Source: Octopus sinensis (taxonomy: Eukaryota). Taken from it: a stretch of 64,000 nt of DNA. The notes under the pieces are model-generated. The model saw nothing but the letters and a program-made list of their open reading frames with translations. It searched no databases and was not told the origin of the DNA. The stretch spans positions 46,252,001 through 46,316,000 of the forward strand of contig NC_043005.1 of assembly GCF_006345805.1 (NCBI RefSeq), written 5' to 3'. Every line of letters starts with the position of its first letter. The stretch's first letter is position 1. Shown here one piece after another: positions 50,559 through 63,958 of the stretch. A program made the position numbers and the translations under genes.

Positions 50559-50652
50559 AATCTATCCATCTATCTATCTATCAATCTATCCATCTATCTA
50601 TCTATCAATCTATCCATCTATCTATCTATCCATCTATCTATCTATCTAATCT

Positions 50653-50698
<46 letters not shown>

Positions 50699-51700
50699 CA
50701 TCCATCTATCTGTCTGTCGGTCTGTCTTTCAGTCTGTCTGTCAGTCTGTCAGTCTGTCTGTCTGCCTGTCTGATTGTCTAATCTACTTATTGAGTGTGAG
50801 AAAATAACAGTAGCTGGAAAGAACGAGGAATGGAGAGAATGAGGTAAATATATATATATAGAGGGAGAGGTAGGTGGGCTATGAGAAAGAACAGAGAAAG
50901 GAGTCATGAAAAGAAAAAAGCGAGGAAGAGAAGGAATGAGCGAAGGAAAAATATGTACTTTCAGTTTTCTATCATTCGATATTGATATATCTCGAGGCAA
51001 GTATTCGCAGGAGAAAAAGTATTTTAATTAAGACGAGTTTTACTATTCTTTAGGGAAACGGCCAACGTATTTCTGTGAGACATGATTCGCGCAGGAGTGT
51101 AAGCTGAAAACTTGGTAAATAGACTCTGGTTGAATTTTAGAAACTAGTGATATTGCTGGTGAGAAAGTGAAAGTTGAAAGTTTGTTTGGTGGGAGCATAG
51201 CTAGACGTTTGGAAACGAAGGACTCTTGCTATTATCATTTATTTGCTTATTACATCTTGTATATTCTACTTGTTTCAGTCATTGGACTGCAGCCATGCTG
51301 TGACACCTCTGAAGCGGTTTAGTCAAACAAATAGACACCAGTACTAACTATTTTTCCTAAGTCTTGTACATATTCCTAATGTTTTTTTTTTTTTTTGCCG
51401 AAACGTTAAGTTATGAGAACGTAAGCAAACCAACACCGGTTGTCAAACGGTGATGAGGAACAAATACAACACGAACAGAAAGACACATTCAAACAAATCC
51501 CCACCTACGCGCAGTTATTCATTTGTGGTGCACCCTATTTTGGAACCAAACATTATGCATTTTCATATTTCTACATCTCATCTCAATCTATTTTGACAGC
51601 TTATATATACACACCGTTTTCTCATTTCATTAATTCTTTATTGTTTTCATTCGATACAATACCCCATCCACACATAGCATTTATACTACATCCGTGTAAT

Positions 51701-51911
51701 AAGGCGGCGAGCTGGCAGAGACGTTAGGACGCCGGGCGAAATGCGTAGCCGTATTTCGTCTGCCGTTACGTTCTGAGTTCAAATTCCGCCGAGGTCGACT
51801 TTGCTTTCATCTTTTCGGGATCGATTAAATAAGTACCAGTTGCGTACTGGGGGTCGATCTAATCGACTGGCCTCCTTCCGCAAAATTTCGAGCCTTGTGA
51901 ATAGAAAATAA
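51701..51911 (+). mobile_element. SINE family B, full length with 14-bp TSD
   Basis: TSD TACATCCGTGTAAT at 51687-51700 and 51912-51925. Central GTCGACTTTGC.TTTCATC.TTTCGGG.TCGATTAAATAAGTACCAG resembles the MetaSINE domain (from memory). Confidence 0.92.
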
Positions 51912-52019
51912 TACATCCGTGTAATGTTCCCTATCTGTTGCTCATGTGGCCAATTAAGAACCAAATATTGTTGCTGTTATAATTTTATAGACAATTATAA
52001 GATTATTATCTTGAAATCA

Positions 52020-52119
52020 NNNNNNNNNNNNNNNNNNNNNNNNNNNNNNNNNNNNNNNNNNNNNNNNNNNNNNNNNNNNNNNNNNNNNNNNNNNNNNNNN
52101 NNNNNNNNNNNNNNNNNNN
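52020..52119. other. Assembly gap (100 N)
   Basis: Run of N. Confidence 1.
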
Positions 52120-52469
52120 GACCAAGGCCTTGTGAGTGAATATGGTAGATGGAAACTGAAAGAAGCTTGTTTTATGTATGTATGCATGTATATATGTACA
52201 TACATATATATATATGTATATACGCGCCCGCGTGCACACATAAATACACACATACACGTACACACACACATAAAATTAAATTAGACAGTGATATGCAATG
52301 TTTACCAAAAGGAAAACCATAATTATCACTAAATGTGACTAGAGTTTTAGAAACAACTACATTGCTAGAAATAAGAGCTAAAATGCACTAAATGATGTAG
52401 TTAAAGCACACAATTGTATACATATATGCTGGTAGGGACTATAAACGCCCGAAACACCAATCGAGAATT

Positions 52470-52518
52470 CCTTATACTGACGTCAGTTTCGGCAATTTCC
52501 GTTGCCTCGTCAATAAGG
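52470..52518 (-). ncRNA. Type I hammerhead motif with 12-nt palindromic stem III (C3 replaced by U)
   Basis: Minus strand reads CCTTA-TTGACGA-GGCAA-CGGAAA-TTGCC-GAAA-CTGACGTCAG-TA-TAAGG. Confidence 0.75.
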
Positions 52519-52594
52519 ACTGGCTCGACTTCGGTAGATTCTGAACTGAATTCTCTATCATTAAGAATTTATGGAATCTTACACAACGGTATGC

Positions 52595-52627
<33 letters not shown>

Positions 52628-52644
52628 CATACATATATATATAT

Positions 52645-52679
<35 letters not shown>

Positions 52680-53029
52680 AAAAATGACTGAGGAATACCA
52701 CATATATAGCTATCTCATAGGATCACTTAAGAAGATGGGAATTACAGGCGGTAACCGACGCTATGAAACATAGGAGCTGTTAGGAGTGCATTCTGACACT
52801 TTTGCTAAAAACACGTTAAACGGAAATATGTGTGCATGTGTGTGTGTTTCCCCTGTCCCCACTTGATAACCGGTGCTGGTTGTTAACGTCCCAATAATTT
52901 GATAGTTCACTAGAATAAAAATCACTGACTTAAAAATAAGCATTGGAATCGATTTGTTCTACTAAACTCTTCAAGATGGTGCCTCAGCATGGCCACAGTG
53001 CAATGATAGAAACAAGCTCGGAAAGCTCT

Positions 53030-53881
53030 GAGATGATAGAAACATTGATCATCAGAACAGTCAATCATGGGCCAACAACCAGATTACTATTTCCAAATTT
53101 GAAGGGTATGCATTTGCAATCCAGGAACAGGAAACATCGGACAATTACCCCATACACAAAAAGGACAGAAATGCAGGAAAATCAGAAAAATGTGACAACT
53201 GATGCAGACATTGTGGAGTTAATACCGGAGATATCACCCACATCATAAGCAGTTGTCCGAAAATGTCATCCCGGTTCTATATACCGATGTGACATGATGT
53301 CGTATCTAGGACACTGTACAACGAGGTGAGTCGGAAGCATAACTTCGAGAACAAAGAAATAAAACAGCATAATAAAAGGGAATACTGGTGGAGTGTCCCT
53401 GTGAATGCCTCAATAAAATGTAAACACAATAGCTCTGATATAATGATTTGGGATAGAGAAAAGAAACTGTGTACAATTGTGGAAATCAGCTGCCCAGCGA
53501 ATGTTAACTTAAAACTGAAGCTCAGTGAAAAAAGAATACCTACGCTGAACTATTGAAAATTCTGCAGTTACTTTATCCAGATTACAAGCGTAGGTTTATA
53601 CCTGTAATTAATGGGGCACTGAGACATGTAACACAGTGCCAAAATTCCATTCTTGAGAAATTAGGCTTCTCAAAATCGGGAAGGAGAAAGCTGATTCAAA
53701 GACTACAGACCCAAGCCATTACTGGAACTGTAAAAATCTGTAAAACTTTTCAGAAGTTTACCATTTAACTACATGAGCATGTCTAGCTATGCAACTATAT
53801 GCACAAGAATACATACATAAAACAAAACATACGAACCTGCACGTATACATACATACATACATACATACATACATACATACA

Positions 53882-53913
<32 letters not shown>

Positions 53914-54025
53914 CATACAAAAATACCCTGTTGTTGTTATTGAAATTCCGATAAAGGAACCTTAGAACTAGGTTAGAAACCAGCTCTTTATTGGGAAGAA
54001 ATCTTGAAATAAAACTGAAAATGAC
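53030..54025 (+). mobile_element. R4/Dong-like non-LTR retrotransposon 3' fragment (CCHC knuckle + restriction-like endonuclease, pseudogenised; ORF end 53768)
   Basis: FEGYAFAIQEQ..CRHCG..HIISSC..YIPM*HDVV..YWW..HNSSDIMIWD..IVEISCP..IPVINGAL, with frameshifts; 3' UTR contains (CATA)n. Confidence 0.85.
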
Positions 54026-54516
54026 ATACACGCTAACAAATATGTGCGTAAATTTGTGTGTGTGTGTACACATATTATATATAATATATATATATAGATA
54101 TATATATATATAATATATATATTATATTATAACCAGGTTATTATTTCATTTTATATTTTACCAAAAACGACCACTAAAATCTAATAATATTACTGTCTTA
54201 ATAAAATGTATTAAAACTGATACTTTATGCAGATATCGTACGCATACTTTGACATAATTTATAGGCAGAGAGCGAAAGACGTCGTCAAACGATTGAAACC
54301 CATAAGAAAAAAAAAATAAAACACAACGAAAAAAATATCAATAATAAAAATGCCACTAAATATATTACTAATAGAACATTTGGAATGTGGGGAAAAGGAA
54401 AGAACAATGAAGAAGAATTGTTTGAGAAAGTAACTAAAGCCCACAAGTCAAAAGTTCAAAAAAGCCATAATGGACATGAATCCAAATTTAAATATATATA
54501 CATATACATATACATA

Positions 54517-54586
<70 letters not shown>

Positions 54587-55524
54587 ACACATACATACAT
54601 ACATACATACATACATACATACATACATACATACATACATACATACATCTACATACATACATACATACATATATATATATAAAGAAAAAAGAAAGTAAAT
54701 TCACTGACGCACAAAAGGACAACTGACCAAAGTATAAAAGAGTTTACCTTACATATTAAAGTGACAATAAGTACTTCTATGCTTTAAGTTGAATGTAACT
54801 ATTAAAAGAAAGCAGCAAAAGAAAAGGAGAAATGGAAAATAGAACGAAAAACTAATAAAAAGAAAACTGGAAAAATATAGAAAAAAAGACTCCTGAAGCT
54901 ATAAAATCTAGTTGGGAATTGTCTTTTGGTTCTGGCATATCGTCTTAGATGCAGTCACTTGCCAAAAATGTGCAATGCCAGTACATGCATACATGCATGC
55001 ATACATACATAAACACATACACACATATGTGTATATATATATATATATTGTGTGTATATATATGTATACGTATACAAATATGTGTGTGTATATATGTGTG
55101 TGTGTATACACAGAGAAAAGAAGATAATAAATAGAAAGATATAGATATGCACACATACATGTATATATATATATAAGGCGGTGCTCCAGCATGGCTGCAG
55201 TCAAATGACTGAAACAAGTAAAAGAATAAAAGAATAAAAGAAAGAATATATATATATACTCCCCATTCATCACCCTCTTGTACTATCTTATATCCCTCCC
55301 CACCACTACACACTCAATAACACTATAAAATGGTCAAATTTTTCCACAAGAACTTAGTTCAATTTGAACACCCCACTAGAATGGGTGAAAGCGCTAATAT
55401 ATGATATATGATATATGTTATATGATGTATAAAAACATGTAATATACAAATAAATATAAAACCATCCGAATTTCTGAGTACCTCATTTTTTCTATATATA
55501 ATACCAGTACATCATCTCCAAACC

Positions 55525-55580
<56 letters not shown>

Positions 55581-55607
55581 GTGTCTGTGTGTGTGTGTGT
55601 ATGTATG

Positions 55608-55723
55608 TATCTGTAAATGTAATATGTGACAATTATTCGGTAGCCATGATATAACTCCGAGTTTCGGATGTAGGAGTTTTATCATGGCTACCGAATAATT
55701 GTCGTATATTACATTTACAGATA
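55608..55723. repeat. Hairpin with ~51-bp arms and 14-nt loop; fold-back of the element repeated at 55815-55920
   Basis: 55608-55658 is inverted at 55673-55723; the left arm recurs directly at ~55817-55875. Confidence 0.9.
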
Positions 55724-55787
55724 AATTCCTCTATTTACATAATATCGAGGTCTCTTTCATTCTTTTGTTGTCTTACCATTTCTATCA

Positions 55788-55819
<32 letters not shown>

Positions 55820-55852
55820 AAATATAATATGTGACAATCATTCAGTAGCCAT

Positions 55853-55913
55853 GATAAAACTCCGAGTTTTGGATGTCGGGGCGGAAACCCACGCCGCCAT
55901 CTTTTCAGTTATC
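55853..55913 (-). ncRNA. Degenerate hammerhead-like motif
   Basis: Minus strand reads GATAA-CTGAAAA-GATG..CATC-CAAAA-CTCGGAG-TT-TTATC; the sister copy at ~55655-55670 retains CGAAA. Confidence 0.5.
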
Positions 55914-55937
55914 CGACCATACACACACACACACACA

Positions 55938-56147
55938 CAAGGGGGTGCTGAAATGTTCCTGTCTTTAAAGGGGTCGCGAAAGACTTGGTTGGGGCCCAAC
56001 CTTATGAGTTCTTTTGCAGGGCTTAGAAAAACCGAAGGACCGTTGTCGGTGAATCGGATAGAGTATTACGTTGAATAAAATCATAATTAACTGATTCTCC
56101 GGTATTTTCTTTAAACCCAAACCAGGAACTTTTCAGCTCCCACTTCG
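55938..56147 (+). mobile_element. Mariner-derived MITE
   Basis: CAAGGGGGTGCTGAAATGTTCCTG .. CAGGAACTTTTCAGCTCCCACTTCG-TA. The interior resembles a transposase C-terminus ending YVE*. Confidence 0.7.
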
Positions 56148-56191
<44 letters not shown>

Positions 56192-56682
56192 TAAATGTGC
56201 CCACATACATGTGTGTATATAAGTATATGTATGTATGCTCCTATACGCGTGCGTGTGTGTGTTCGTGTGCGTGTGCGTATGTGTGTTTGTGTATGTATGT
56301 TTTTGTACGTTTGTACACACATATAGACCTGCATCAGTAGCACTGGCATCAAACTCTTCTTCTTCTTCTTCTTCTTCTTCTTCTTCTTCTTCTTCTTCTT
56401 CTTCTTCTTCTTCTTCTTCTTCTTCTTCTTCTCCTTCTCCTTCTCCGCCTCCTCCTAACCATACTTTTATTTACATTTTTATTATTACGTTATATAAAAG
56501 CATACCTTTGCTGCAGATAATGAGGAAGCTGCCATTATCTAAAACCGCAAATATTTTGTAAATTTTCATTTCAAACCTTGCTAAACAGGCGTTAAAGCAG
56601 AGTTGGTACAGAAACAATTGTAACTGATTGCAAAGAATGTGTTAAAGTCATTTTTTGTTTTCTTATTCGCATTATGTGTGTC

Positions 56683-56765
<83 letters not shown>

Positions 56766-56768
<3 letters not shown>

Positions 56769-57152
56769 TGCAGGAGTGACTATGTGGTAAGTAGCTTGCT
56801 TACAAACCACATGGCTCCGGGTTCAGTCCCACTACGAGGCACCTTGGGCAAGTGTCTCCTACTATACCCTCGGTCCGACCAAAGCCTTGTGAGTGGATTT
56901 GGTAGACGGAAACTGAAAGAAGGCTGTTGGACATATATATGTGTGTGTATCTATGTCTGTGTTTGTCCTTCCACCGTCGCTTGACAAACAACTGATGTTG
57001 GTGTGTTTACGTCCCTGTAACTTAGAGATTCAGCAAAAGAGACCGATAAAATAAGTACTAGGCTTACAAAGAATAGGTCCTGGGGTCGGTTTGTTCGACT
57101 AAAGGCGGTGCTCCAGCATGTCTGCAGTCAAATGACTGAAACAAATAAAAGA
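56766..57152 (+). mobile_element. SINE family A, full length
   Basis: Matches 31782-32197. Confidence 0.9.
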
Positions 57153-57163
57153 ATATATATATA

Positions 57164-58455
57164 CTAGCAGTATCGCCCGGCGTTGCTCGGGTTTGTAAGG
57201 GAAATAACTATATAAGCATTTTTAGAGAGTTATAGCCAAAAAATAGGAAAAAAATGCATTAAAAATGGAAAAGAAATTAAGGTAAATTTCTTTTTAAATC
57301 GTTGACACATCGTAGATATTTTTAGAGAGTTACTTCCCTTATATAATAGCGAAAAAAATGCATTAAAATTGAAAAATATGATGGTAAATTTTTTTAAATC
57401 GTAGACTCATCGTAGACGCGCGCTAATACCCAGAAGGGCTCGATATGACTCACGACTATAAGATACCCGGTTTGGTTTTTCTTAACCCTTTCGTTACTAT
57501 ATTTCTGACCAAAATACACCCCTTATGTGTTTCAATTATTTTCTAACGTAATCATAAATTTAGTCTGGTTTCATTAACAACAATAACTTTTTTATTTATC
57601 AATATATTAATGTGATTTTTGGAAGATAATTTAATGAAATGTCCTCAACCAATTCTATACTATAATTTTTGTCACAAAGTGACTCTAATTGCAGGTAGAT
57701 ACAGGTAAATTCCACAATATATAAAATTATTAAAATTTTGTTCAAACATCGCTATAGAAAATGGGTTATTAGCTAATATTCAATTGGGTATACAACAAAA
57801 TTTTACGATATAATTTGTTTTCTGGGTAACTTTCTGATACCCATAATATATTTATGGCAAAATAGGCCTTAATTTCATTTAAGGTTGTGGGAAATAACAA
57901 ACTGTCCTTTCTTTCGTTTTGTTTACGTTTAGCATAACAGTTCGTTTCTGCCGTAATGATTTCAAATAGGCTCATTCGAAAAAGTAAATAGAAATAGTTT
58001 AAGGCTTTACTCTTCTTGGAAAGTCTGTGGCTTGGTCCAGTTTCTTCAGAAAAATCACCGAAAGAAACAGTTTTTAAATTTTCACTCCATTCAGGTACCA
58101 ATTCGTTTTCTTTATCGCTGTCGGATTCACTGTTTTCACTTTAATAGCTGCAAACTTGCAAAGACAAAGGAGGAGAGGGTGATAGCGTCAGTGAAACAGT
58201 TCGTTCCCTTTGTGTGTGTGTGCGTTTGCGTGTGGTGTAAACCACATTAAGAAGAGCATTTGACATACACACCAGAATGTGAGTTTTCTGTAAATTTTGC
58301 TTAATTGGAGTTTAAATTTTAAAAACTGGACCTGGCATGACCCGATGCATTCTACTCTTAAAAATGCTAGGTAAATTGTAATTGAAGAAATCCTATATTG
58401 TAGATTTCTATAACTTACAAAGGGAGGCAGATAAAATCTGCCTTTTATAATAAGA
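57164..58455 (-). mobile_element. Non-autonomous Helitron containing a piggyBac fragment
   Basis: Minus strand starts A|TCTTATTATAAAAGGCAG and ends with hairpin CCCGAGCAACGCCGGG then GATACTGCTAG|T. Confidence 0.85.
57486..58300 (-). mobile_element. piggyBac-like fragment with transposase N-terminal remnant (57769-58101)
   Basis: TTAA-CCCTTTCG end at 57482. FSEETGP..ALNYFYLLF..LFEIITAETNCYA..TTLNEIKAYFAINI matches the piggyBac ETNxYA..E.KAF.G region. The other TIR was not found (TTAA at 58301). Confidence 0.75.
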
Positions 58456-58471
58456 TATATATATATGTGTG

Positions 58472-58504
<33 letters not shown>

Positions 58505-58659
58505 ATAATGTGACTGGAACGGCTATTTTCTGTTTGTCGATTGCAACATATACTTATGCGTATTTTCTTTTTTTTTGTGTGTTTTTTATATTTTTTACTT
58601 TTATGAATAGATATGTCTATGCACACATGTGGAAAGGCTAAAACTTTCGTGTATATTCT

Positions 58660-58698
<39 letters not shown>

Positions 58699-58944
58699 TG
58701 TGTGTGTGTGTGTGTACGTGTCTGTGTAGTACATGGAATACTGCACACACACACATACACACACACACACACATATGCGTTATGTGAGTGTGTGATTAAA
58801 AATTGGTATGCTTAGATTTTAATGGAATTTGTCATGATTGTATAGTCTACCTATACTTTTTCACCTGTCTATTATACAGTGAACTTGATAGTGTTATGGC
58901 CTTCAGAATGGGTGCTATCAACATGGAATTACTAAATATTTAAT

Positions 58945-59240
58945 ATGATTCCTTCACAACCACGCGGTCTCTTGGGCAAGTGTCTTCTGCCATTTATTCG
59001 TGTTGATCTACACCCTTTGAGTGAAATTTGTTAGTCAGAAATTGCATGGAAGTCCGTCGGCCTAACTGGCCCTATAATACCACCTGTAAAATCCAGCCTT
59101 GTCCCGTCCAGTATAACGTTGATTCTGAATGCGGTTTACGTTGAAGGAATAGTTAACCACTTGCACTATAATAATTCAATAAGAAAGCTGTTCACTTGAT
59201 GGAACAATAGAAATACTCATCGTAGAAACAGACGGAGGAC
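58945..59240 (+). mobile_element. Old chimeric SINE: family A-like centre with family C tail
   Basis: CTTGGGCAAGTGTCTTCTG followed by CCAGCCTTGTC..CCACTTGCAC..AAGCTGTTC..ACGGAG, as in 11437-11593. Confidence 0.55.
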
Positions 59241-62200
59241 CCATCGGTTTTCTTACAAACCTGCCAGGATGAGTTGTGATTGATGAAGAAACCATTTCGA
59301 AGAAAGGCATTTGTAAAGTATCGTTAGATGTATTGTTATCTCTTTGAAATTTCCTCTGTCATTCGGCTGTGAAGTGTGACCCATTCTTCTGAGCATTAGG
59401 TGGCAGTGATGATGGTGGTGCTTGTAGTGGTGGTAGTAGTGAATTTCTCACAGGGAATATGGTGTGAAACCAAGGAGACAGTGAGTCGAAAATAAATTTA
59501 GATATCACTGTGTGAGCGCATTGTTAGTAAAAGGAAAGGGTTGAAAGAAGCTGCTATAGGTTACTCTATAGAACTCTCTGGCAATAAAGGTAACTATGGT
59601 ATTTTGGCCTCGTACGTCTGGTAGAATTAGTGAGCCAGTAGTACCAAAAGTATTGCGAAACAGTTACAATTTAGAATTGAAATCAGGTTACAGACTCAGG
59701 CTTTAAATATTTTCCTGACGAATACTCTTCTGTATAAACAATAACTTTGAAAGCCAAGACATATATCTGACATAGAGAGATATCCATCATCAACCAAGTA
59801 TGTAGTTGAGCTTAGGGCGATTTGCAATATCACTGTAAATATCAGTACAACTTTGATTTAGTCAAATACACCAATGTCTACTTCCAAAACACTTTCATAC
59901 TACAATATCTCGATAATAGTAAAGAGACATGTGTTAGATATTTATTTGTCGAATACGTATCAACTCTATCGACATGGACAAACATTCATTCCGCTTTCTG
60001 TTTTCAACATTTTGCACTGAATTCCATAAAAAAAAATAGGGATTTACTTTGCTTAGGCTGTGGGCCAACTTTGTTTTGGGGAAAATACAGTCAATTTAAT
60101 CGACACTAGTAATTTTGTCGTTCTCATTTTAACGATCCCTGCAGGTATAAAGAGCATAGCTTACTTGAACGAGAATTGAACTAAATACAGTGACATGTTG
60201 AACTAAATACGTCGTACATCTGGTTAGGGGCGGGGTTCTATTGATTTGCCCGTTTTAACCACTCTCTGATATTAATGAAAACTATGAAATTATGTTGTCT
60301 CGTGTTTTTGATCAGACGCCAAAGTTTATAGTCCTGTATTCAGTTACAGCACACTAATTAATTTTTTCAGTGAACTAAACATACGGTTACTGTTTTGTCC
60401 ATACTGCACTGAGAATATTGACATGACAGAGCCACTAGTATTTAGTCGCTGTGATTGGTTGTAGTGTTTAGATGTATTAAGTGAGAATTTGATCGGCTTC
60501 TTCTGAACTATGACTCTATTTGATTTCTATCGGTGTGAAAGAACAGCGAACTGTATAACTGAGTAGTACTGACTGTCATTAAATTAAAAGTATTAATATA
60601 GTTAATTTTTCAAGCAAACATCCAAGAAATATGTTCCATACAGAAAATAAGGTCAAAGGGCGCTATAAGGATGAGAAAATGCGAATAGTATCTTGGAGCA
60701 ACGTTGACTGTTAGCAAAAATGTTATTTAATAATTTCGCCGAATGACATTGTATACTGTGTGCAAATAATTCTTTTCTAAATTATAAATTAAGAAGCTCT
60801 ATGGAGAAAGAATATCATTCACTTAATATATGCTAAACTGTAGATCTTATTTGAACATTAAAATCGGTAGGCCTGTAACATGCAGGAAAACTAAGAAATG
60901 CAATATATGAATGCATTTTTCTGAACAATGAATGTAGCAGATTATTATTGGTCGAACAAACATCTGGGACCGGAAAAGGTTTCCTTGCAAAGACCTTCAC
61001 ATGTAAGTTTTTATTAACCGAAAAAACGCTAACGCAACTGAGGCTCCTTGAAGGAATCATTTGACTTATATTCACTTGACTTATAGAAGGCTGTGTGACA
61101 AATTTCATAAAAGTTTTCACGTTTCAAATCTATGTGGTGAAACTAGCATTGATAGAGCAGTCGAAATTCTAGTGATATTTGGTGATAACTGAAATCTGAA
61201 CATGCCTGCCTCTCTCGTTTGTTTTTTCTTATTCAGTATGTTCCTTTGTCATTTGCTGTGTTGTATTTTTTTTTACAATATATATTAGTTCTGTCAATTA
61301 ATATTTCACTTTTCTTTTTGTATGAAAATATCGAGGTAAACTCGATCGGTGTTTCCTGATATTTCCGATGACAGTAGATCATCTGATAGAGCCAAGGAAA
61401 AAACTACGTTTCCATTGATTTTTCAATTTGGTGGTACTGTCTGTTAGTTGTAACTCCTGACAGAAATGTCACCGCTTTTCAGTGATCAAACGAGGGGTGT
61501 GAACGTAGAATGTACAGAGCTGGGGAAGATACCGCAAGAAATGCAGTCCGCCCAGTTCTCTAACGATTCATCCAGCCCTGAATTTGTTACTCTTTTTTTA
61601 TTGCTTTCGTAAGGATGAAGGGCAAAGTTGGCCTCGGTTGGTTTGGTACTTACAGTGCAAAGAGTGGGGACAAATGTTGCAACGCATTATACCCAATACT
61701 CCAACAACCCACCCTGTTTGCCCCCTTAATAATTATATGATTGGTAATTATTTCAATAAGTGATAGAATCTGTTGTAGCGTCATCAATAAGGTAAATACG
61801 AGATTATTACAGGTAGGAAATAAAAGTTTGAATAGTTGTTCCTCAAGAAATAACATTTAAAGCCTGATAGTCCTGAAATAGGAATTGGAGCAAATGAATT
61901 GGCAAAATCGTTACAGAGTCGGATAGAATAACTTCTGCTGTTTGTTCCCGTTTTCTGAGTTCAAATTCTGTCAAAGTGGATTTCGCTTTTTATCATTGCA
62001 TCACGGAATCAATAAATAAAATAGCAGTCAAGTAACAAGGTCGATTCTTTTCTGTCACCTTGTTTTTCTCTTCTCTCCCATGCTCTCTGTCTCTTTTTTT
62101 CTTTCGGAATCGGTCTCATGAGATTGTAAGAAGGTCCGACGGAGAAAATTCACAGCCCCACTTCCTTTCGTCATGAATGAATGAATGTTGATCGAGAGGC

Positions 62201-63512
62201 CAGCAACGTTTTACCACAGTAGAACTGATATGCTCCAGAAATTGTCCAAGTATGGCCTAATGTGCAAACATTCAAGGAGCAGAATTTCAGAGGAAACTCA
62301 CCGAATTCTGATATTAGGGTTATAAGATGTGCTATGTATATATATATATATATATATACATAGCACATATATATATACTGAAGAGCAATATAATAATTCT
62401 TATAAAACTATTATTAGACTCAAGGAAAACTAGCCATGTACTGCGTCGGAAAAACCCGACTTAACAGTAGTCTTAAACTAAGGTAAACTCGTGTGTTCCG
62501 AAAAGAGGAGTATTGACATTTCGTGTAGTGGTCTTCTTCATGGGAAGAAAATGCAAAACTTTACTGTCGTTAGACAAGGACCCTACCCGAAGTAATAGAC
62601 TTCACATGTCCTAACGACATCAGAATGACGACTTATTTTCGCCGTCTAATGGATGATTTTTATTGATACTGTCAGAAATTTGAAAGAAAAAGGAATGAAG
62701 TCAATCGAATATATTTCGGTACATGATTAATACTTATTTTATTGACCCTAGAGAGACAAAACTCAAGCCATCAAACACTGAACTACAAAAAACAATTACC
62801 AATCTCTTTACTGTACATTAAACAAAGTTGGGGAACACTGGTCCATGATACGAAACCGGAATATGACAGAATAAAGGTTAAAGGAATTTTAAGAGAAGTG
62901 TTAATATGACATTGTGAGAGAATGGTTGGGTCATTATGAAAAGTTAAGACGGAAGAGAGGAGGGATTATAGCAGACTTATAGATAGAAATAATAGAGTAT
63001 AGCATAAATATGTTGAACTAAAGAAAATATGTTGGGTCGGATTATACAAGATTTTCATTTGTTTCAAAATTAATCGAAATATAATGAGAGTAATGATACC
63101 AGGAAGTATGGAGTCAAGAAATATTAAAGAGAATTTAGATAAATAGAAACATTCAACGGAGCACAATAATGAATGTCTTTAAATGTAATATATTCCCATT
63201 ACTATGATATGCTTCCGAACCAGAAATATAAAAGAGAAATTGATTATTTTTGAGAGCAAATGTTTAATAACGAAACTAATTATCAGACTGAACACACTTA
63301 AGACAGAAAAAGGAGAAATACGTCAAAGCAACTCAATCGTATAAATCCAGTCAACCGTGAATATCCTTGAGTCATTATATCGTTTATTATTTAATTATTA
63401 TAGAGATGTTAGAGTCATATATATATATTGTAGAGTACCGGACTGAGTATTGTACCAAACTGTGCCCTACAAATCTGAGTATTAAATTTTGTCGTAATAT
63501 GTTTTGAATTTA

Positions 63513-63958
63513 TAAGGCGACGAGCTGGCAGAATCTTTAGCACGCCTGGCAAAATGTTTAGTGGCATTTTGTCCGCCTTCTCGTTCTGAGTTCAAATCCG
63601 GCCGTGGTCGGCTTTGCTTTCCGGGGTCGATAAAATAAGTACCAGTTGAATACTGGGGTCGATGTAATCGACTTATCCTCTTCCCAAAATTGCTTGTCTT
63701 GAGCCAAAATTTGAAACGAATATGTTTCAAATTTAAAAGGCGGCGAACAGACAGAATCGTTACCGCGCCTGGCAAAATGTTTAGTGGCATTTCGTCCGTC
63801 TTTACGTTCTGAGCTCAAGTTCTGCTAAGGTCGACTTTACCTTTCATCCTTTTTTTGTGTGGTCGATAAAATAAGTACCAGTTGTATATGGGGGTCGATG
63901 TAATCGCCTGATCCCTCTCCAAGAAATTGCTGGCATTGTCCAAAATTTTGAAACTAAT
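63513..63958 (+). mobile_element. SINE family B tandem dimer
   Basis: Heads AAGGCG.CGA at 63513 and 63737; spacer ATGTTTTGAATTTA-like at ~63499, 63722 and 63957. Confidence 0.88.

Noticed and set aside
53945-53990. Hammerhead-like hairpin (AACCT/AGGTT-AGAAAC) in the LINE 3' UTR
   Set aside because: The core reads CCGATAAA and no stem I is evident; it would need the family consensus.
54250-55398. GAAA plus palindrome motifs at ~54273 (GACGTC) and 55387 (GCGC)
   Set aside because: The CUGANGA half is missing or too degenerate to count.
60833-61120. 95-aa ORF in non-repetitive sequence
   Set aside because: No recognisable domain or splice context; length is compatible with chance.
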